Below are positions 18,601-28,744 of a DNA stretch of 64,000 nt, piece by piece (the first letter of the stretch is position 1; each line of letters starts with the position of its first letter). The DNA comes from Vulcanimicrobiota bacterium. Lineage in GTDB: Bacteria > Vulcanimicrobiota > Vulcanimicrobiia > Eremiobacterales > Eremiobacteraceae. Where the stretch lies: the NCBI GenBank assembly GCA_963812135.1, contig CAWETU010000001.1:1024001-1088000 (forward strand). Direction: 5' to 3'. The notes under the pieces are model-generated. The model was not told the DNA's origin. It was given only the letters and a program-made list of their open reading frames with translations, and did not search any database. The position numbers were made by a program, and so were the translations under genes.

Positions 18601-18621
18601 GGGAGCGTCCCCCGGCCCCGA

Positions 18622-20223
18622 TCAGGTCTTTGATTTGTGCGCGGCGCTTCGCTCTCGTAGCTTGAAACGTTGGATCTTGCCCGTCGCGGTCTTGGGCAAC
18701 TCGTCCAGGAAGTGCAGCGACCGCGGATACTTGTAGATCGCGAGCCGCTCTTTCACGAACAGCTGCAGCTCCATCGCCAATTCATCGGATGCGGCGTGTC
18801 CGCGGCGCAAGACGACGAAGGCGATCGGTTTGATCAGCTCCGCTTCATCTGCGACGCCGACCACGCCGGCTTCGAGCACCGCCGGATGTTCGATGAGCGT
18901 GCTCTCGACTTCGACCGGCGAGACCCATTGCCCGCCGACCTTGAGCATGTCATCGCTGCGCCCGGCGTACCAGTAGTAACCGTCCTCGTCCAGCCGATAA
19001 GTGTCGCCCGTGTCGAGCCAGTCGCCTAAGAAGGTGGCTTTGGTCTTCTCGTGGCGGTTCCAATAGCCGGCGGCGATGCTGTCGCCAGCGATCTGCAGAC
19101 GCCCGGTCTCGCCGACCGGCACGGGCTCGCCTTCCGCATCGACGATACGCGCATCGTAACCGCTGACGATCTGGCCGGAAGAGCCGGGGCGGATCGCGCC
19201 CGGCCGATTGGAGATGAACATGTGCGCGGCTTCGGTCGAGCCGATGCCGTCGATGACATCGAAACCGAACGCGCTCTTCCAGCGCCGATAGATCTCCGCC
19301 GGCAGCGCCTCGCCGGCCGAAACGCCGAAACGCACCGATGAAAGGTCGAAACGCGCCGGTCCGTCCGCGACGTCGAGCATCGCCGCATACGACGTCGGCA
19401 CGGAGAAGAACAGCGTTGGTTTGCTGCGGGCGGCAAGCTCGAGGACTGCTTCAGGCAACGGCCGGCTCGGATACAAGATCGTCGTCGCGCCGACGCCGAA
19501 CGGGAAATACAGCGAGTTGCCGAGCCCGTAGGCGAAGAAGAGCTTGGCAACCGAGTACGTTCGGTCATGCTCAGTGATGCCCAGCACGTGCGTGCCGAAA
19601 TGATCGCAGCAGAATGCCATGTCGTGGTGCAGATGAATCGTGCCCTTGGGGAAGCCGGTCGTGCCCGAGCTATAGAGCCAAAATGCGGCGTCGTCTTTGC
19701 TCGTCTCGTAGGCGCTGAACTCGGGCGACGCCGCTGCCACTGCCTGACGAAAATCGACAATGGCGATCGTCGCATCCGACGGCAGCCCGGTGCCGGCGTC
19801 ATCCACGATGGCGATGACGCTGAGATGGTGGAGATCTTTGAGAATCGGTTCGACGGCTGGCCATAACGACGTCGAGACCACGAGCACGCGGGCGCGGCTG
19901 TCCTCGAGCATGTACCGGTAGTCGTTGGGCTTGAGCAGCGTGTTCGTCGGCACCGCGACCGCGCCCAGCTTCATGGCGCCGAAAAAGCAGTAGACGAACT
20001 CGGGGCAGTCTGGCAAGAGCACGGTGACTCGCTGTTCGAGTCCGAGACCGAGCGAGACGAGCGCATTGGCGCAGCGATTGACGTTGGCCCGGACATCGCC
20101 GTAGCTCAGACGCTCATCGCCGAACTCGATCGCGATCTTCGCGCCGCGGCCGAGATCGAGGTTGCGGTCAACGAAGTGCAGCGCCGCGTTGAAGAGGTCC
20201 GGCACGTCTGCGACGGCGGCCAT
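18622..20223 (-). CDS. benzoate-CoA ligase family protein
   Basis: FWLYSSGTTGFPKG, AKLFFAYGLGNS, DGIGSTEAAHMFISN, GRSDDMLKVGGQWVSP, TATGKIQRF. Confidence 0.9.
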   Translation of the reverse strand: MAAVADVPDLFNAALHFVDRNLDLGRGAKIAIEFGDERLSYGDVRANVNRCANALVSLGLGLEQRVTVLLPDCPEFVYCFFGAMKLGAVAVPTNTLLKPNDYRYMLEDSRARVLVVSTSLWPAVEPILKDLHHLSVIAIVDDAGTGLPSDATIAIVDFRQAVAAASPEFSAYETSKDDAAFWLYSSGTTGFPKGTIHLHHDMAFCCDHFGTHVLGITEHDRTYSVAKLFFAYGLGNSLYFPFGVGATTILYPSRPLPEAVLELAARSKPTLFFSVPTSYAAMLDVADGPARFDLSSVRFGVSAGEALPAEIYRRWKSAFGFDVIDGIGSTEAAHMFISNRPGAIRPGSSGQIVSGYDARIVDAEGEPVPVGETGRLQIAGDSIAAGYWNRHEKTKATFLGDWLDTGDTYRLDEDGYYWYAGRSDDMLKVGGQWVSPVEVESTLIEHPAVLEAGVVGVADEAELIKPIAFVVLRRGHAASDELAMELQLFVKERLAIYKYPRSLHFLDELPKTATGKIQRFKLRERSAAHKSKT

Positions 20224-20332
20224 CCATGCCTCCAGACTTCAAGTGGACGGCGGGCTACCACCCGAGGGAGGTCGCTTCCTCCGTCGGCTCGTACTATCCG
20301 CCAACCGTCGCCGTCCGCACGAAAGGCACATC

Positions 20333-21448
20333 ATGCAAAGCTCTACTCGGGCGTTTTTCGTATTGTCCGCCGCAGCGCTGCTCGCGTTCGCATCCTCGCC
20401 CGCCCACGCGGCGAGCGGCGACGCATCGGTCGGCGCGGTCTTCGACATCACGGGCTCTGCCGGCTCATACGGCGACGGGCAGAAGAACGGCTTGCAGATG
20501 GGCCAGGATTACGTCAACCGCAACGGCCGCGTGCATCTCACGTTCGACATCCAAGATGCGGCGTCGCAAAAAGCTCAGGCGGTCAACCTGTTCCAGAGCT
20601 TCACCACCGGCGGCAAGGTGTCGGCGATCATCGGCCCGACGCTCTCGAGCGAAGCGTTCTCCGCCGATCCCATCGCGGCAGCCGCGGGCATGCCGGTGCT
20701 GGGCATCTCCAACACGGCCAACGGCGTGACCGCAATCGGTCCGTGCATTTTCCGCGACTCGCTGACCGAGGCCGCCGTCGTGCCGCACGCGTTGAAAGCG
20801 GTCATCGATCGCTATCACGTCAAGACCGCCGCGATCATCTACGGCAACGACGACGCGTTCACCAAGACCGACTACGATGTGGCCAAAGCGGCGTTGGAGA
20901 AGCTACACATAAAGGTCTTGACAACGCAGACGTTCTCGAAGGGCGACGTCGACTTCCAGGCGCAGCTGACCAACATCAAAGGCGCGAACCCCGACCTGCT
21001 GTTCGTCGGCGCGCTCGCCGTCGAGGCGGGTCACATCGTCGCCGATGCCCACACGCTTGGCGTTAAGGCGCACATCGTCGGCGGCAACGGGCTCAATTCG
21101 CCGCAGGTCTACAGCCTTTCCGGCGGCGCCGCTGAAGGCGTTGTGGTCGGCGCGGCATGGGCGATCGGCGCGCAAACGCCCGGCAATCTCGATTTCGTGC
21201 AAGCCTACCGCGTGCGGTTCCAAAAAGATCCTGATCAGTTCGCCGCACAAGCATTTGCCGCTGCGCAGATCATGGAGAACGTGCTGACGGGCGCCAAGTC
21301 GTTTTCGCCCAAAGACGTCTGCGATGCGATGAAGTCGATGAAGCCGGTGAACACGGTGCTTGGGGCGTTCTCATTCGATTCGAATCGCGATGCGACCGGC
21401 GACGGCGTGGTGCTCGAGGTCCACAACGGCAGGTTCATCGGCTTCTAG
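20333..21448 (+). CDS. Liv/HAAT-type ABC substrate-binding protein
   Basis: Signal peptide ending AHA, IIGPTLSS, IFRDS, DFQAQLTNIK. Confidence 0.9.
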   Translation: MQSSTRAFFVLSAAALLAFASSPAHAASGDASVGAVFDITGSAGSYGDGQKNGLQMGQDYVNRNGRVHLTFDIQDAASQKAQAVNLFQSFTTGGKVSAIIGPTLSSEAFSADPIAAAAGMPVLGISNTANGVTAIGPCIFRDSLTEAAVVPHALKAVIDRYHVKTAAIIYGNDDAFTKTDYDVAKAALEKLHIKVLTTQTFSKGDVDFQAQLTNIKGANPDLLFVGALAVEAGHIVADAHTLGVKAHIVGGNGLNSPQVYSLSGGAAEGVVVGAAWAIGAQTPGNLDFVQAYRVRFQKDPDQFAAQAFAAAQIMENVLTGAKSFSPKDVCDAMKSMKPVNTVLGAFSFDSNRDATGDGVVLEVHNGRFIGF

Positions 21449-21491
21449 GCCGGCGACGTGACGTAGGCGCGCGCTCCAGGCCGGCGATCAC

Positions 21492-22370
21492 ATGCTCATA
21501 CAGCAACTGGTCAATGGCTTGTTCATCGGCAGTGTCTACGCGCTGTTCGCGCTCGGCTATACGCTGATCTTCGGCGTCCTCGACATCCTCAATCTCGCGC
21601 ACGCATCGATCTTCATGCTCGGCGCGTTCACGACGCTCATCATGGTGCTCAAAGGCGTGTCGCTGCCATTCGCCATCGCCGGCGGCGCGATCGCCGGCGG
21701 GTTGTTCGGCGTGCTGCTCGATCGCATCGCGTTCTGGCCGCTGCGCCGCCGCCAGGCCGGTCCGCTCGCGCCGCTCATCTCGAGCATCGCGGTCGGCATG
21801 ATCTATGTCGCGCTCGCCAACGGCTACTTCGGTCCTGATGTCCGCCACTTCCCGTTCGACGTCGTCCGCACGCCGACGATCACGATCGGCCCCGCGACGT
21901 TCACACTGATGCAGCTCATCATCTTTGTGGTAAGTCTCGCGCTGATGATCGGCCTTCAGGCATTGCTGCGGTACACGCGATTGGGCGCCGCAATTCGCGC
22001 CGTGGCGGAGAACCCCCGCGCCGCCCAACTCGTGGGCATCGACCTCGAATCGGTGTACGCGCAGACGTTCTTCATCGCGTCAGCGCTCGGCGCGGTCGCC
22101 GGCGTCTTATTCGCGCTGAATTTCAACACGGTGAGCTCGCTGATGGGGTCGACCGTGGAGCTCAAAGGGCTCGCGGTCATCATCCTGGGCGGGATGGGCT
22201 CGATTCCCGGATCGCTGATCGGCGGCTTGCTCATCGGGCTCTCCGAAGATCTGACCGTGGGTTATTTGAGCTCGAGCTACCGCGACGCGATCGTCTTCGC
22301 GATATTGTTCCTCGTCTTGATCGTCCGCCCGGGCGGGCTGTTCGGCCGGCGCAGTCTGCGCGCTGCCTGA
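21492..22370 (+). CDS. livH: branched-chain amino acid ABC permease
   Basis: QQLVNGL..GSVYALFALGYTLIFGVL..LNLAH, GAAIRAVAEN, ILGGMGS. Confidence 0.9.
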   Translation: MLIQQLVNGLFIGSVYALFALGYTLIFGVLDILNLAHASIFMLGAFTTLIMVLKGVSLPFAIAGGAIAGGLFGVLLDRIAFWPLRRRQAGPLAPLISSIAVGMIYVALANGYFGPDVRHFPFDVVRTPTITIGPATFTLMQLIIFVVSLALMIGLQALLRYTRLGAAIRAVAENPRAAQLVGIDLESVYAQTFFIASALGAVAGVLFALNFNTVSSLMGSTVELKGLAVIILGGMGSIPGSLIGGLLIGLSEDLTVGYLSSSYRDAIVFAILFLVLIVRPGGLFGRRSLRAA

Positions 22371-22374
22371 CGCG

Positions 22375-23214
22375 ATGCACGCGCTCGGTTCGTTCCTGAC
22401 CTCACACTCGGCGCTCTTCAACGAGATCGGCATCAACGCGCTGCTCGCGCTGTCGGTGTGGGTGACTTTGGCGTGCGGCCAGCTCTCGCTCGGCAACATG
22501 GGGTTTATGGCGATCGCGGCATACTCGTCGGTACTGCTGGTCACGCGCGGGCACTGGCCATTTCCCGCAGCGGTGCTGGCGGGATCGCTCTTGGCTGCGA
22601 TCGCGGGCTTGTTGCTCGGCTGGCCTGTCCTGCGTTTGCGCGGCGTGTTCCTCGCGATCGCGACGATCGGCTTCGGCGAGATCGTCCGCATCTTCGCGGT
22701 GAACCTCTCGATCACAGGCGGAGCAGAAGGCATCGCGAGCATCCCGCCGCTTGCATCGACGCCGCTGATCTACGCGTCGCTCGCCCTCGTCACGTTCTTG
22801 CTCTGGCGCCTCATGCGCTCGCGCGCCGGCCGCGCATTCACCGCGATCGCGCAAGACGAGATCGCCGCACAGGGCATCGGCATCGATCCAGCGGCATACA
22901 AGCTGCTGGCGTTCGCGATCGGCGCGTTCATCGCGGGCTACGCGGGCGCGCTTGCGGCGTTCTCTTCCTTCTATATAAGTCCAAGCGAGTACGGTTTCGG
23001 ACGAGCGGTCGACGTCCTCGCGTATGCCGTGGTCGGCGGGATGGGGTCAGTGGGCGGCCCGATTCTCGGCGCAGCGTTGCTCACGGTCTTACCGGAGGCG
23101 CTGCGTTTCTTGCACGACTACCGCGACGCCGTGAACGGGCTGATCTTATTGCTCGTCATCATCTTCTTGCCCCAGGGCCTGTGGTCGGTCTTCCGCGGGC
23201 GGAGCGGTCGATGA
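22375..23214 (+). CDS. livM: branched-chain amino acid ABC permease
   Basis: GQLSLG, LRLRGVFLAIATIGFGEI, VVGGMGS, LPQGL. Confidence 0.9.
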   Translation: MHALGSFLTSHSALFNEIGINALLALSVWVTLACGQLSLGNMGFMAIAAYSSVLLVTRGHWPFPAAVLAGSLLAAIAGLLLGWPVLRLRGVFLAIATIGFGEIVRIFAVNLSITGGAEGIASIPPLASTPLIYASLALVTFLLWRLMRSRAGRAFTAIAQDEIAAQGIGIDPAAYKLLAFAIGAFIAGYAGALAAFSSFYISPSEYGFGRAVDVLAYAVVGGMGSVGGPILGAALLTVLPEALRFLHDYRDAVNGLILLLVIIFLPQGLWSVFRGRSGR

Positions 23215-23975
23215 TATCGTTGAGCGGCGTGTGCAAGGACTACGGCGGCGTACACGCCGTCAGGAATCTCACCCTCGAGATGCCGCCTCGCGCGCTGCTC
23301 GGCTTGATCGGTCCCAACGGCGCCGGCAAGACGACCGTGCTGAACCTCATGACCGGCCTTGCGACGCCGACCAGCGGCAGCATCGAATTCGGCGGTCAGC
23401 GCATCGACCACCGCAAGCCGCACGAGATCGCGGCACTCGGCGTCGCTCGAACCTACCAGACGTCGCGCTTGTTCCCGCACATGACCGCGCTCGAAAACGT
23501 CGTCGCGGGCATGCACCTGCGGGCCGACGATTCGCTGTTGGGCCAGCTTGTCGCTTGGCCCGCCACGCAACGCCAGCTCGATGCGCTTCGCGAGCAGGCG
23601 CGGGCGCTGCTCAACGAGATGGGCTTGGCCGACCGCGCGGACGTCGAGGCGCGCAATCTGGCGCACGGCGAACAGCGCCGCGTGGAGCTGGCGCGTGCCA
23701 TCGCAGTGCAGCCGCGCGTCTTACTGCTGGACGAGCCTGCGGCCGGGCTCAACCAGATCGAGACCGAGCGCCTGCGCGACGAGATCGGGCGGCTGGTGCG
23801 CGAGCGCGACATGAGCGTGTTGCTCGTTGAACACGATATGGCGCTCGTGATGTCCGCGTGCGATCGGATCGTCGTGCTCGATTTCGGCGAGAAGATCGCC
23901 GAGGGAACGCCGGCGCAGGTGCGCAGCGATCCGAAAGTCATCGAAGCGTATCTCGGTGTGGAGAACGTGTCGTGA
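23211..23975 (+). CDS. livG: branched-chain amino acid ABC ATPase
   Basis: GPNGAGKTT, ARTYQ, LLDEPAAG, VEHDM, VIEAYLG. Confidence 0.92.
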   Translation: MISLSGVCKDYGGVHAVRNLTLEMPPRALLGLIGPNGAGKTTVLNLMTGLATPTSGSIEFGGQRIDHRKPHEIAALGVARTYQTSRLFPHMTALENVVAGMHLRADDSLLGQLVAWPATQRQLDALREQARALLNEMGLADRADVEARNLAHGEQRRVELARAIAVQPRVLLLDEPAAGLNQIETERLRDEIGRLVRERDMSVLLVEHDMALVMSACDRIVVLDFGEKIAEGTPAQVRSDPKVIEAYLGVENVS

Positions 23976-24703
23976 GCGGCGCGCTGCTCGACGTCCGCGG
24001 GCTGCGCGCTGGATATGGGCGCGTCGAAGTGCTGCGCGGCATCGATCTGCGTTTGGAACAGGGCCGCGTGGCGACGATCATCGGCGCCAACGGCGCCGGC
24101 AAGACGACGACGCTGCTGGCCATCTCGGGAATCCTAAAACCGACGGCGGGGACCATCGAGTTCGGCGGCAGCGAGATCGGCGGCCGGCCGCCGCACGAGA
24201 TCGTCTCGCGCGGTCTAGTCCACGTGCCGGAGGGCCGTCTGATCCTCGCGCAGATGAGCGTGCGCGAGAACCTGGCAGTCGGTGCGTGGACACGCCGCGA
24301 TCGCGCGGGTGTCGCAGCGGACATCGATTCGATGTTCGCGCGCTTTCCGATCCTGCGCGAACGCGCGGACTTGACGGCCGGCTCGCTGTCGGGCGGCGAA
24401 CAACAAATGCTGGCGATCGCACGCGGCCTGATGGCACGCCCGAAACTTCTACTGCTTGACGAACCGTCGATGGGACTTGCACCGCTGCTCGTCGCCCAGA
24501 TCTTCGAGATCATCAAAGCGCTGCGCAAGGAAGGCCACTCGATCGTGCTGGTCGAGCAGAACGCGCGCCAAGCGCTCGCGGTGAGCGACGATGCGTACGT
24601 GCTCGAGCGCGGTGCGATCGTCAAGGCCGGGCCGGCGGCCGAGCTCGCGCGCGATCCGGGGGTGACGGCGGCCTACCTCGGCGAAGCTCGGCCGGTCGGA
24701 TGA
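23972..24703 (+). CDS. livF: branched-chain amino acid ABC ATPase
   Basis: GANGAGKTT, VPEGR, LSGGEQQMLA, LDEPSMGLAP, VEQNA; GTGA overlap. Confidence 0.92.
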   Translation: MSGALLDVRGLRAGYGRVEVLRGIDLRLEQGRVATIIGANGAGKTTTLLAISGILKPTAGTIEFGGSEIGGRPPHEIVSRGLVHVPEGRLILAQMSVRENLAVGAWTRRDRAGVAADIDSMFARFPILRERADLTAGSLSGGEQQMLAIARGLMARPKLLLLDEPSMGLAPLLVAQIFEIIKALRKEGHSIVLVEQNARQALAVSDDAYVLERGAIVKAGPAAELARDPGVTAAYLGEARPVG

Positions 24704-24744
24704 CACAGCACTTTCCCAGGCGAAACCGATAGGCTACAAAGGCA

Positions 24745-25434
24745 ATGAAAACAACACCCAAAGTGGTAGTCGTCGATGACGAACGCCACGTCCGCGAGAT
24801 GCTTGAGCTCGGCCTGACGCGCGAAGGCTATACGGTGCGTTCGGCCGCCGACGGCGCGCAAGCGCTCGAGCTCATCGGCCAGTGGCAGCCCGACGTCATC
24901 ATCCTCGACGTCATGCTGCCCAAGATCGACGGCTTCACGCTGTTGCCGATGCTGCGCAAGAAGACCGAAGCCCCCATCATCATGTTGACCGCGAAAGGCG
25001 ACATACCGGACAAGGTCGTAGCGCTCGATCGCGGCGCCGACGATTATCTCGCCAAGCCATTCGCATTCGAAGAGCTGCTCGCGCGGCTCGGCGCGGCACT
25101 GCGGCGTCCGAAGCTCGTTGCCGGCGCCGAGTTGCGCTACGACGATCTCAGCGTGAACGTCGAGACACACGAAGTGATCAGAGGCGGGCGTCGTATCGGC
25201 CTGACGCCGCGCGAATTCGATTTGCTCGTCGCGCTGATCCGCGTGCCGCGTCGCGTGCTCACGAAGGAGCAGCTGCTCGAGCAAGTGTGGGGCCACGATT
25301 TCGAGGGCGAGGTCGGCATCGTCGAGACGTATATCTCGTATCTGCGCGCGAAAGTCGACGGCGGCGCGCAGAAGAAGATCATCCACACAGTACGCGGGGT
25401 CGGGTACGCGTTGCGCGAAGATGAGCTCCCATGA
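24745..25434 (+). CDS. OmpR family response regulator
   Basis: VVDD, LDVMLP, MLTA, GADDYLAKPF, TVRGVGY. Confidence 0.95.
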   Translation: MKTTPKVVVVDDERHVREMLELGLTREGYTVRSAADGAQALELIGQWQPDVIILDVMLPKIDGFTLLPMLRKKTEAPIIMLTAKGDIPDKVVALDRGADDYLAKPFAFEELLARLGAALRRPKLVAGAELRYDDLSVNVETHEVIRGGRRIGLTPREFDLLVALIRVPRRVLTKEQLLEQVWGHDFEGEVGIVETYISYLRAKVDGGAQKKIIHTVRGVGYALREDELP

Positions 25435-26783
25435 AATCTCTCGCGTCGAGACTGGCGGCGTGGTACGCGATCATCTTCGTCGCGCTGCTGGCGTTCGTCG
25501 TCGTCGCGTCCTCGCTGACGCTGGTCTCGATGTTACAGCGCGAGACTCGCGCGATGCTCATGGCGCGCGGCGCCGACGTGCGCGTCCTCGGCACGGCGCT
25601 CGGTTCGAACGAGACCGCGCTGCGCATGGTCGCGCCGGCGATCGCGCAGGATCTCGAGAGCTTGGGGATGCGCGGTGCCATCTTCGACAACGAAGGCCAG
25701 TTCTTGGCGGGCGACGCGAGCCAGGCGGCCAGCGGCGCGGTGTTCGCAGGCGTCAAGCGCGGCGTCGTGTCGCCCGACCGCGGTCCATTGCACTACGTGC
25801 CGTATCCTGGCGGCTACCTCACGCTCGCACCCGCGTTTGACTTTTTGTTGTTCAATCTCGGCCCATACTGGTTGACGCTCGCGATAGTGCTGGGCATCGC
25901 GCTCATCATCGCGTGGATCGCCGGCCGTGCGCTCGCGGCACAGGCGCTCGCCCCGATCGTCGACGTCACCAACGCGCTCGATTCGCTCGGCCGCGGCGAT
26001 TTCTCGCGACGCACGTCCGCGCGCGGCGAGCCGGGCGAGATCGGCGCCTTGGCGGTGGCATACAATTCAGCGGCCGAGAAGGTCGGCGAAGCGTTCGAAG
26101 AACGCCGCCGCAACGAAGCGAGCATGCGCCAGTTCTCCGCCGACGCGGGCCATGAATTGCGCACCCCGCTGACGGTCATCTCCGGCTACGTCTCCGTGCT
26201 CAGACGCGGTGCGGTGACCGAACCTACGGTCGCCAACGATATCCTGGGGACGATTTCGCTAGAGTGCGAGCGCATGCGCCAGCTCATCAACAAACTGCTG
26301 GCGCTTTCCCGTTTGGACAACGAGCCGCAGGCCGAGCTCGAGGTCGTCGACGCCGCGCGCGTGACGCGCGACGCCGTCGAAGGCTCACGCACGCTGATCC
26401 CCGCCGGCACGCTGACCTTGGACGCCCCGGGCCCATTGCAGGTGCGCGCGCACCCCGCCGAACTGCGCGACGCGGTGCGCAACCTGATCGAGAACGCCGC
26501 GAAGCATGCGCCGGGCGCGCACGTCGACGTTCGCGCGCAACGCCGCGACGGGCGAGCCACGATCGAGGTCGCGGACGACGGCGCCGGCATGCCGGCGGAC
26601 GAGCAAGCGCATGCCTTCGAACGCTTCTTCCGCGGAGAGATGCGCGGCGATGTCAGCGGCTCTGGGCTCGGGTTGGCGATCGTCCGCAAGGCGATGGAGC
26701 GCATGGGCGGCAGCGCCGAGTTGTGGAGCGAACCTGGTAAGGGAACGAAGGTGACGTTGAGCTTGCCGCTCGCTGAAGGTTAG
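25431..26783 (+). CDS. HAMP-domain sensor histidine kinase
   Basis: Two TMs, HAMP, HELRTP H-box, NLIENA, DDGAG, FERFFR, GSGLGL. Confidence 0.93.
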   Translation: MKSLASRLAAWYAIIFVALLAFVVVASSLTLVSMLQRETRAMLMARGADVRVLGTALGSNETALRMVAPAIAQDLESLGMRGAIFDNEGQFLAGDASQAASGAVFAGVKRGVVSPDRGPLHYVPYPGGYLTLAPAFDFLLFNLGPYWLTLAIVLGIALIIAWIAGRALAAQALAPIVDVTNALDSLGRGDFSRRTSARGEPGEIGALAVAYNSAAEKVGEAFEERRRNEASMRQFSADAGHELRTPLTVISGYVSVLRRGAVTEPTVANDILGTISLECERMRQLINKLLALSRLDNEPQAELEVVDAARVTRDAVEGSRTLIPAGTLTLDAPGPLQVRAHPAELRDAVRNLIENAAKHAPGAHVDVRAQRRDGRATIEVADDGAGMPADEQAHAFERFFRGEMRGDVSGSGLGLAIVRKAMERMGGSAELWSEPGKGTKVTLSLPLAEG

Positions 26784-26785
26784 AC

Positions 26786-28129
26786 CTAGCGGCGGCGGAT
26801 CATCGGCAGTACGTCGGCCGTCGCCGGCGCGGTTGCCGCCCGCAGTGCGTCCACTGCCATCGGATCGTATTTGTGCGGCGTCAACGAGCGTATCTCGTCG
26901 ATCGCCTCGTCGTGCGTCATGCCTGCGCCCTGCGGACGCGCCGTCGTCAGGTCGACGTATTTGGTCGCGACGCCGACGATACGCGCGAGCATGCAGATGT
27001 CGTCGGCATGCAGGCCGCGCGGATATCCCGTGCCATCGAGCAGTTCGCAGTGCTGCTCGACGATATCGGCGATTTGCCGGTAATCGCGCCAACGTGCGAC
27101 CAGCCGAGCGCCGACCTCGATGTGGCGCGGCGTACGCTGGCCAGGCATCGCAAGCATGCCGACGTCGTGCAGCAGCGCGCCGCGGCGCAGCATCTCGAGG
27201 TCGACCGAAGATAACCCGAGCGCGACACCGATGGCGGTCGCCATCTGCGCAGTGCGCCGCGAACGTCCGCTGTCCGTGCCTTCGCGATAATCGATGGCGA
27301 AGGCCAGCGCCTCGATGAGGTCGCCGTTGATGCGATCGAGTTTTCCGATTTTGTCGAAGAAGTCGATGTTCTCGTGTTCGAGCGCGGCGAGATACCGTTC
27401 GGAGCGCGCGCGCAACGCCGAATACGAGAGCCGCGCGACGACGAGCGGCGCGCCGAAGTACAGCAGCGCGCTCCAACGCTGCGCGGCGATGTCGCCGGCG
27501 AGCAGATAGCCGAGACCGCACAGCGCGCCGAAGGCGAGCAGCGCCCAGCCGGCGATGCCGTCGCCGGAAAGCGCGAGCGAGGGCGGGCCTGAGTTGCGCA
27601 TCAGCGCGGCGGGCGCGATGACTTCGGCGACGTAGGCGAACGCGGTGTAGATGAGCGCGGCGAAGATGCCGGGCGCCCCGAACGCGGCGGCCGTCGTCGC
27701 GATCACGCCGCCGATGAGCGGTCCGAACACCGAGCCCGCGAGGATGAACGCGCTGTCCGAGCCGCTGACCGCGCGCGAAGAGAGCAAACGAGCGCCGCCG
27801 CGCGCGAAGCCCACGAGCACCGCGGCCGGCGTGCCGTAGAGCGCGAACGCTGCCACGACGATGGTGAGCGACGGCCCGATGACGCGTCCGCCGACGCGCA
27901 CCATGTCGCCGGTGAACCACTCCAAGAAGACCGCGCATGCGACGAGCACCGCAAGTGTCACGGGCGCATGCCACGCGGCGAGCACCGCCCAGATGAGCGC
28001 CGCGACTGCGAGCCCCGCGACAACGCGAGGCGCAGCGTTCGGCGTCGCGTCGAGCGACCAGAACGCAGCGCGCGGGTTCGCGAACGGCCCGCGGACCGGA
28101 GACAATGGTGAACGGAGCGGTTTGCTCAC
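26786..28129 (-). CDS. membrane-bound HD-GYP domain protein (degenerate)
   Basis: Multi-TM N-terminus; LLHDVG, DGTGYPRGL, ARIVGV; several family motifs altered or shortened. Confidence 0.8.
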   Translation of the reverse strand: MSKPLRSPLSPVRGPFANPRAAFWSLDATPNAAPRVVAGLAVAALIWAVLAAWHAPVTLAVLVACAVFLEWFTGDMVRVGGRVIGPSLTIVVAAFALYGTPAAVLVGFARGGARLLSSRAVSGSDSAFILAGSVFGPLIGGVIATTAAAFGAPGIFAALIYTAFAYVAEVIAPAALMRNSGPPSLALSGDGIAGWALLAFGALCGLGYLLAGDIAAQRWSALLYFGAPLVVARLSYSALRARSERYLAALEHENIDFFDKIGKLDRINGDLIEALAFAIDYREGTDSGRSRRTAQMATAIGVALGLSSVDLEMLRRGALLHDVGMLAMPGQRTPRHIEVGARLVARWRDYRQIADIVEQHCELLDGTGYPRGLHADDICMLARIVGVATKYVDLTTARPQGAGMTHDEAIDEIRSLTPHKYDPMAVDALRAATAPATADVLPMIRRR

Positions 28130-28218
28130 ATCATATGAGACCTTAGCGCTTGGCAGCCTGTTACGGGCGTAACCATTGCGCCGGAGGGCTTCGTTCTTAC
28201 TTGAGGAAGGCGCAAACT

Positions 28219-28719
28219 GTGATACACGCGATATACCGGCCCCGGAGATCGACGCTGCTGTTTAGCATCGTGGGACGCCTCATGCTGGCGAGCGCGTCTT
28301 GCCTGCTCGTGCTGACCGCGGTCACAATCGCCCGCGCAGCCGGCGCACCCGCGGTCGTGCACCTGAGCCTCGACCACAACGCGAAGGTCAGCCACGTGAG
28401 CGCCGGCGACTCGGTCGGCGTCGGGCCCGCGGTGTTGACGGTCCACGTCGGCGACTCGATCGTCTTCGTCAACGACGACGCCGTCGCGCACCACACCGCG
28501 ACCGGGCTTGTCGGCGCAACGCTGTTCGGCGAGCCGCGCTGGACCCAAGCGGTGCTCAAGCCGTTCGGCGACATCGGAGCGCAGCAGTGGAGCAGCGGCG
28601 ACATCGCACCAGGCGCGCGCTCGGCCCCTCTCATCGCCAGCACGCCAGGCACGTTCCTCTACGGCTGTTTCTTTCATTACTCAGCCGGAATGCGTGGCGA
28701 AATTATCGTCGAACCTTAG
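28219..28719 (+). CDS. secreted cupredoxin (blue copper protein)
   Basis: GAGGAAGG RBS before GTG; FVNDD..HHT and YGCFFHYSAGM give an intact H...CxxH...M ligand set. Confidence 0.82.
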   Translation: MIHAIYRPRRSTLLFSIVGRLMLASASCLLVLTAVTIARAAGAPAVVHLSLDHNAKVSHVSAGDSVGVGPAVLTVHVGDSIVFVNDDAVAHHTATGLVGATLFGEPRWTQAVLKPFGDIGAQQWSSGDIAPGARSAPLIASTPGTFLYGCFFHYSAGMRGEIIVEP

Positions 28720-28744
28720 GCTCCCGCCACGAAGGGAGCGACGA

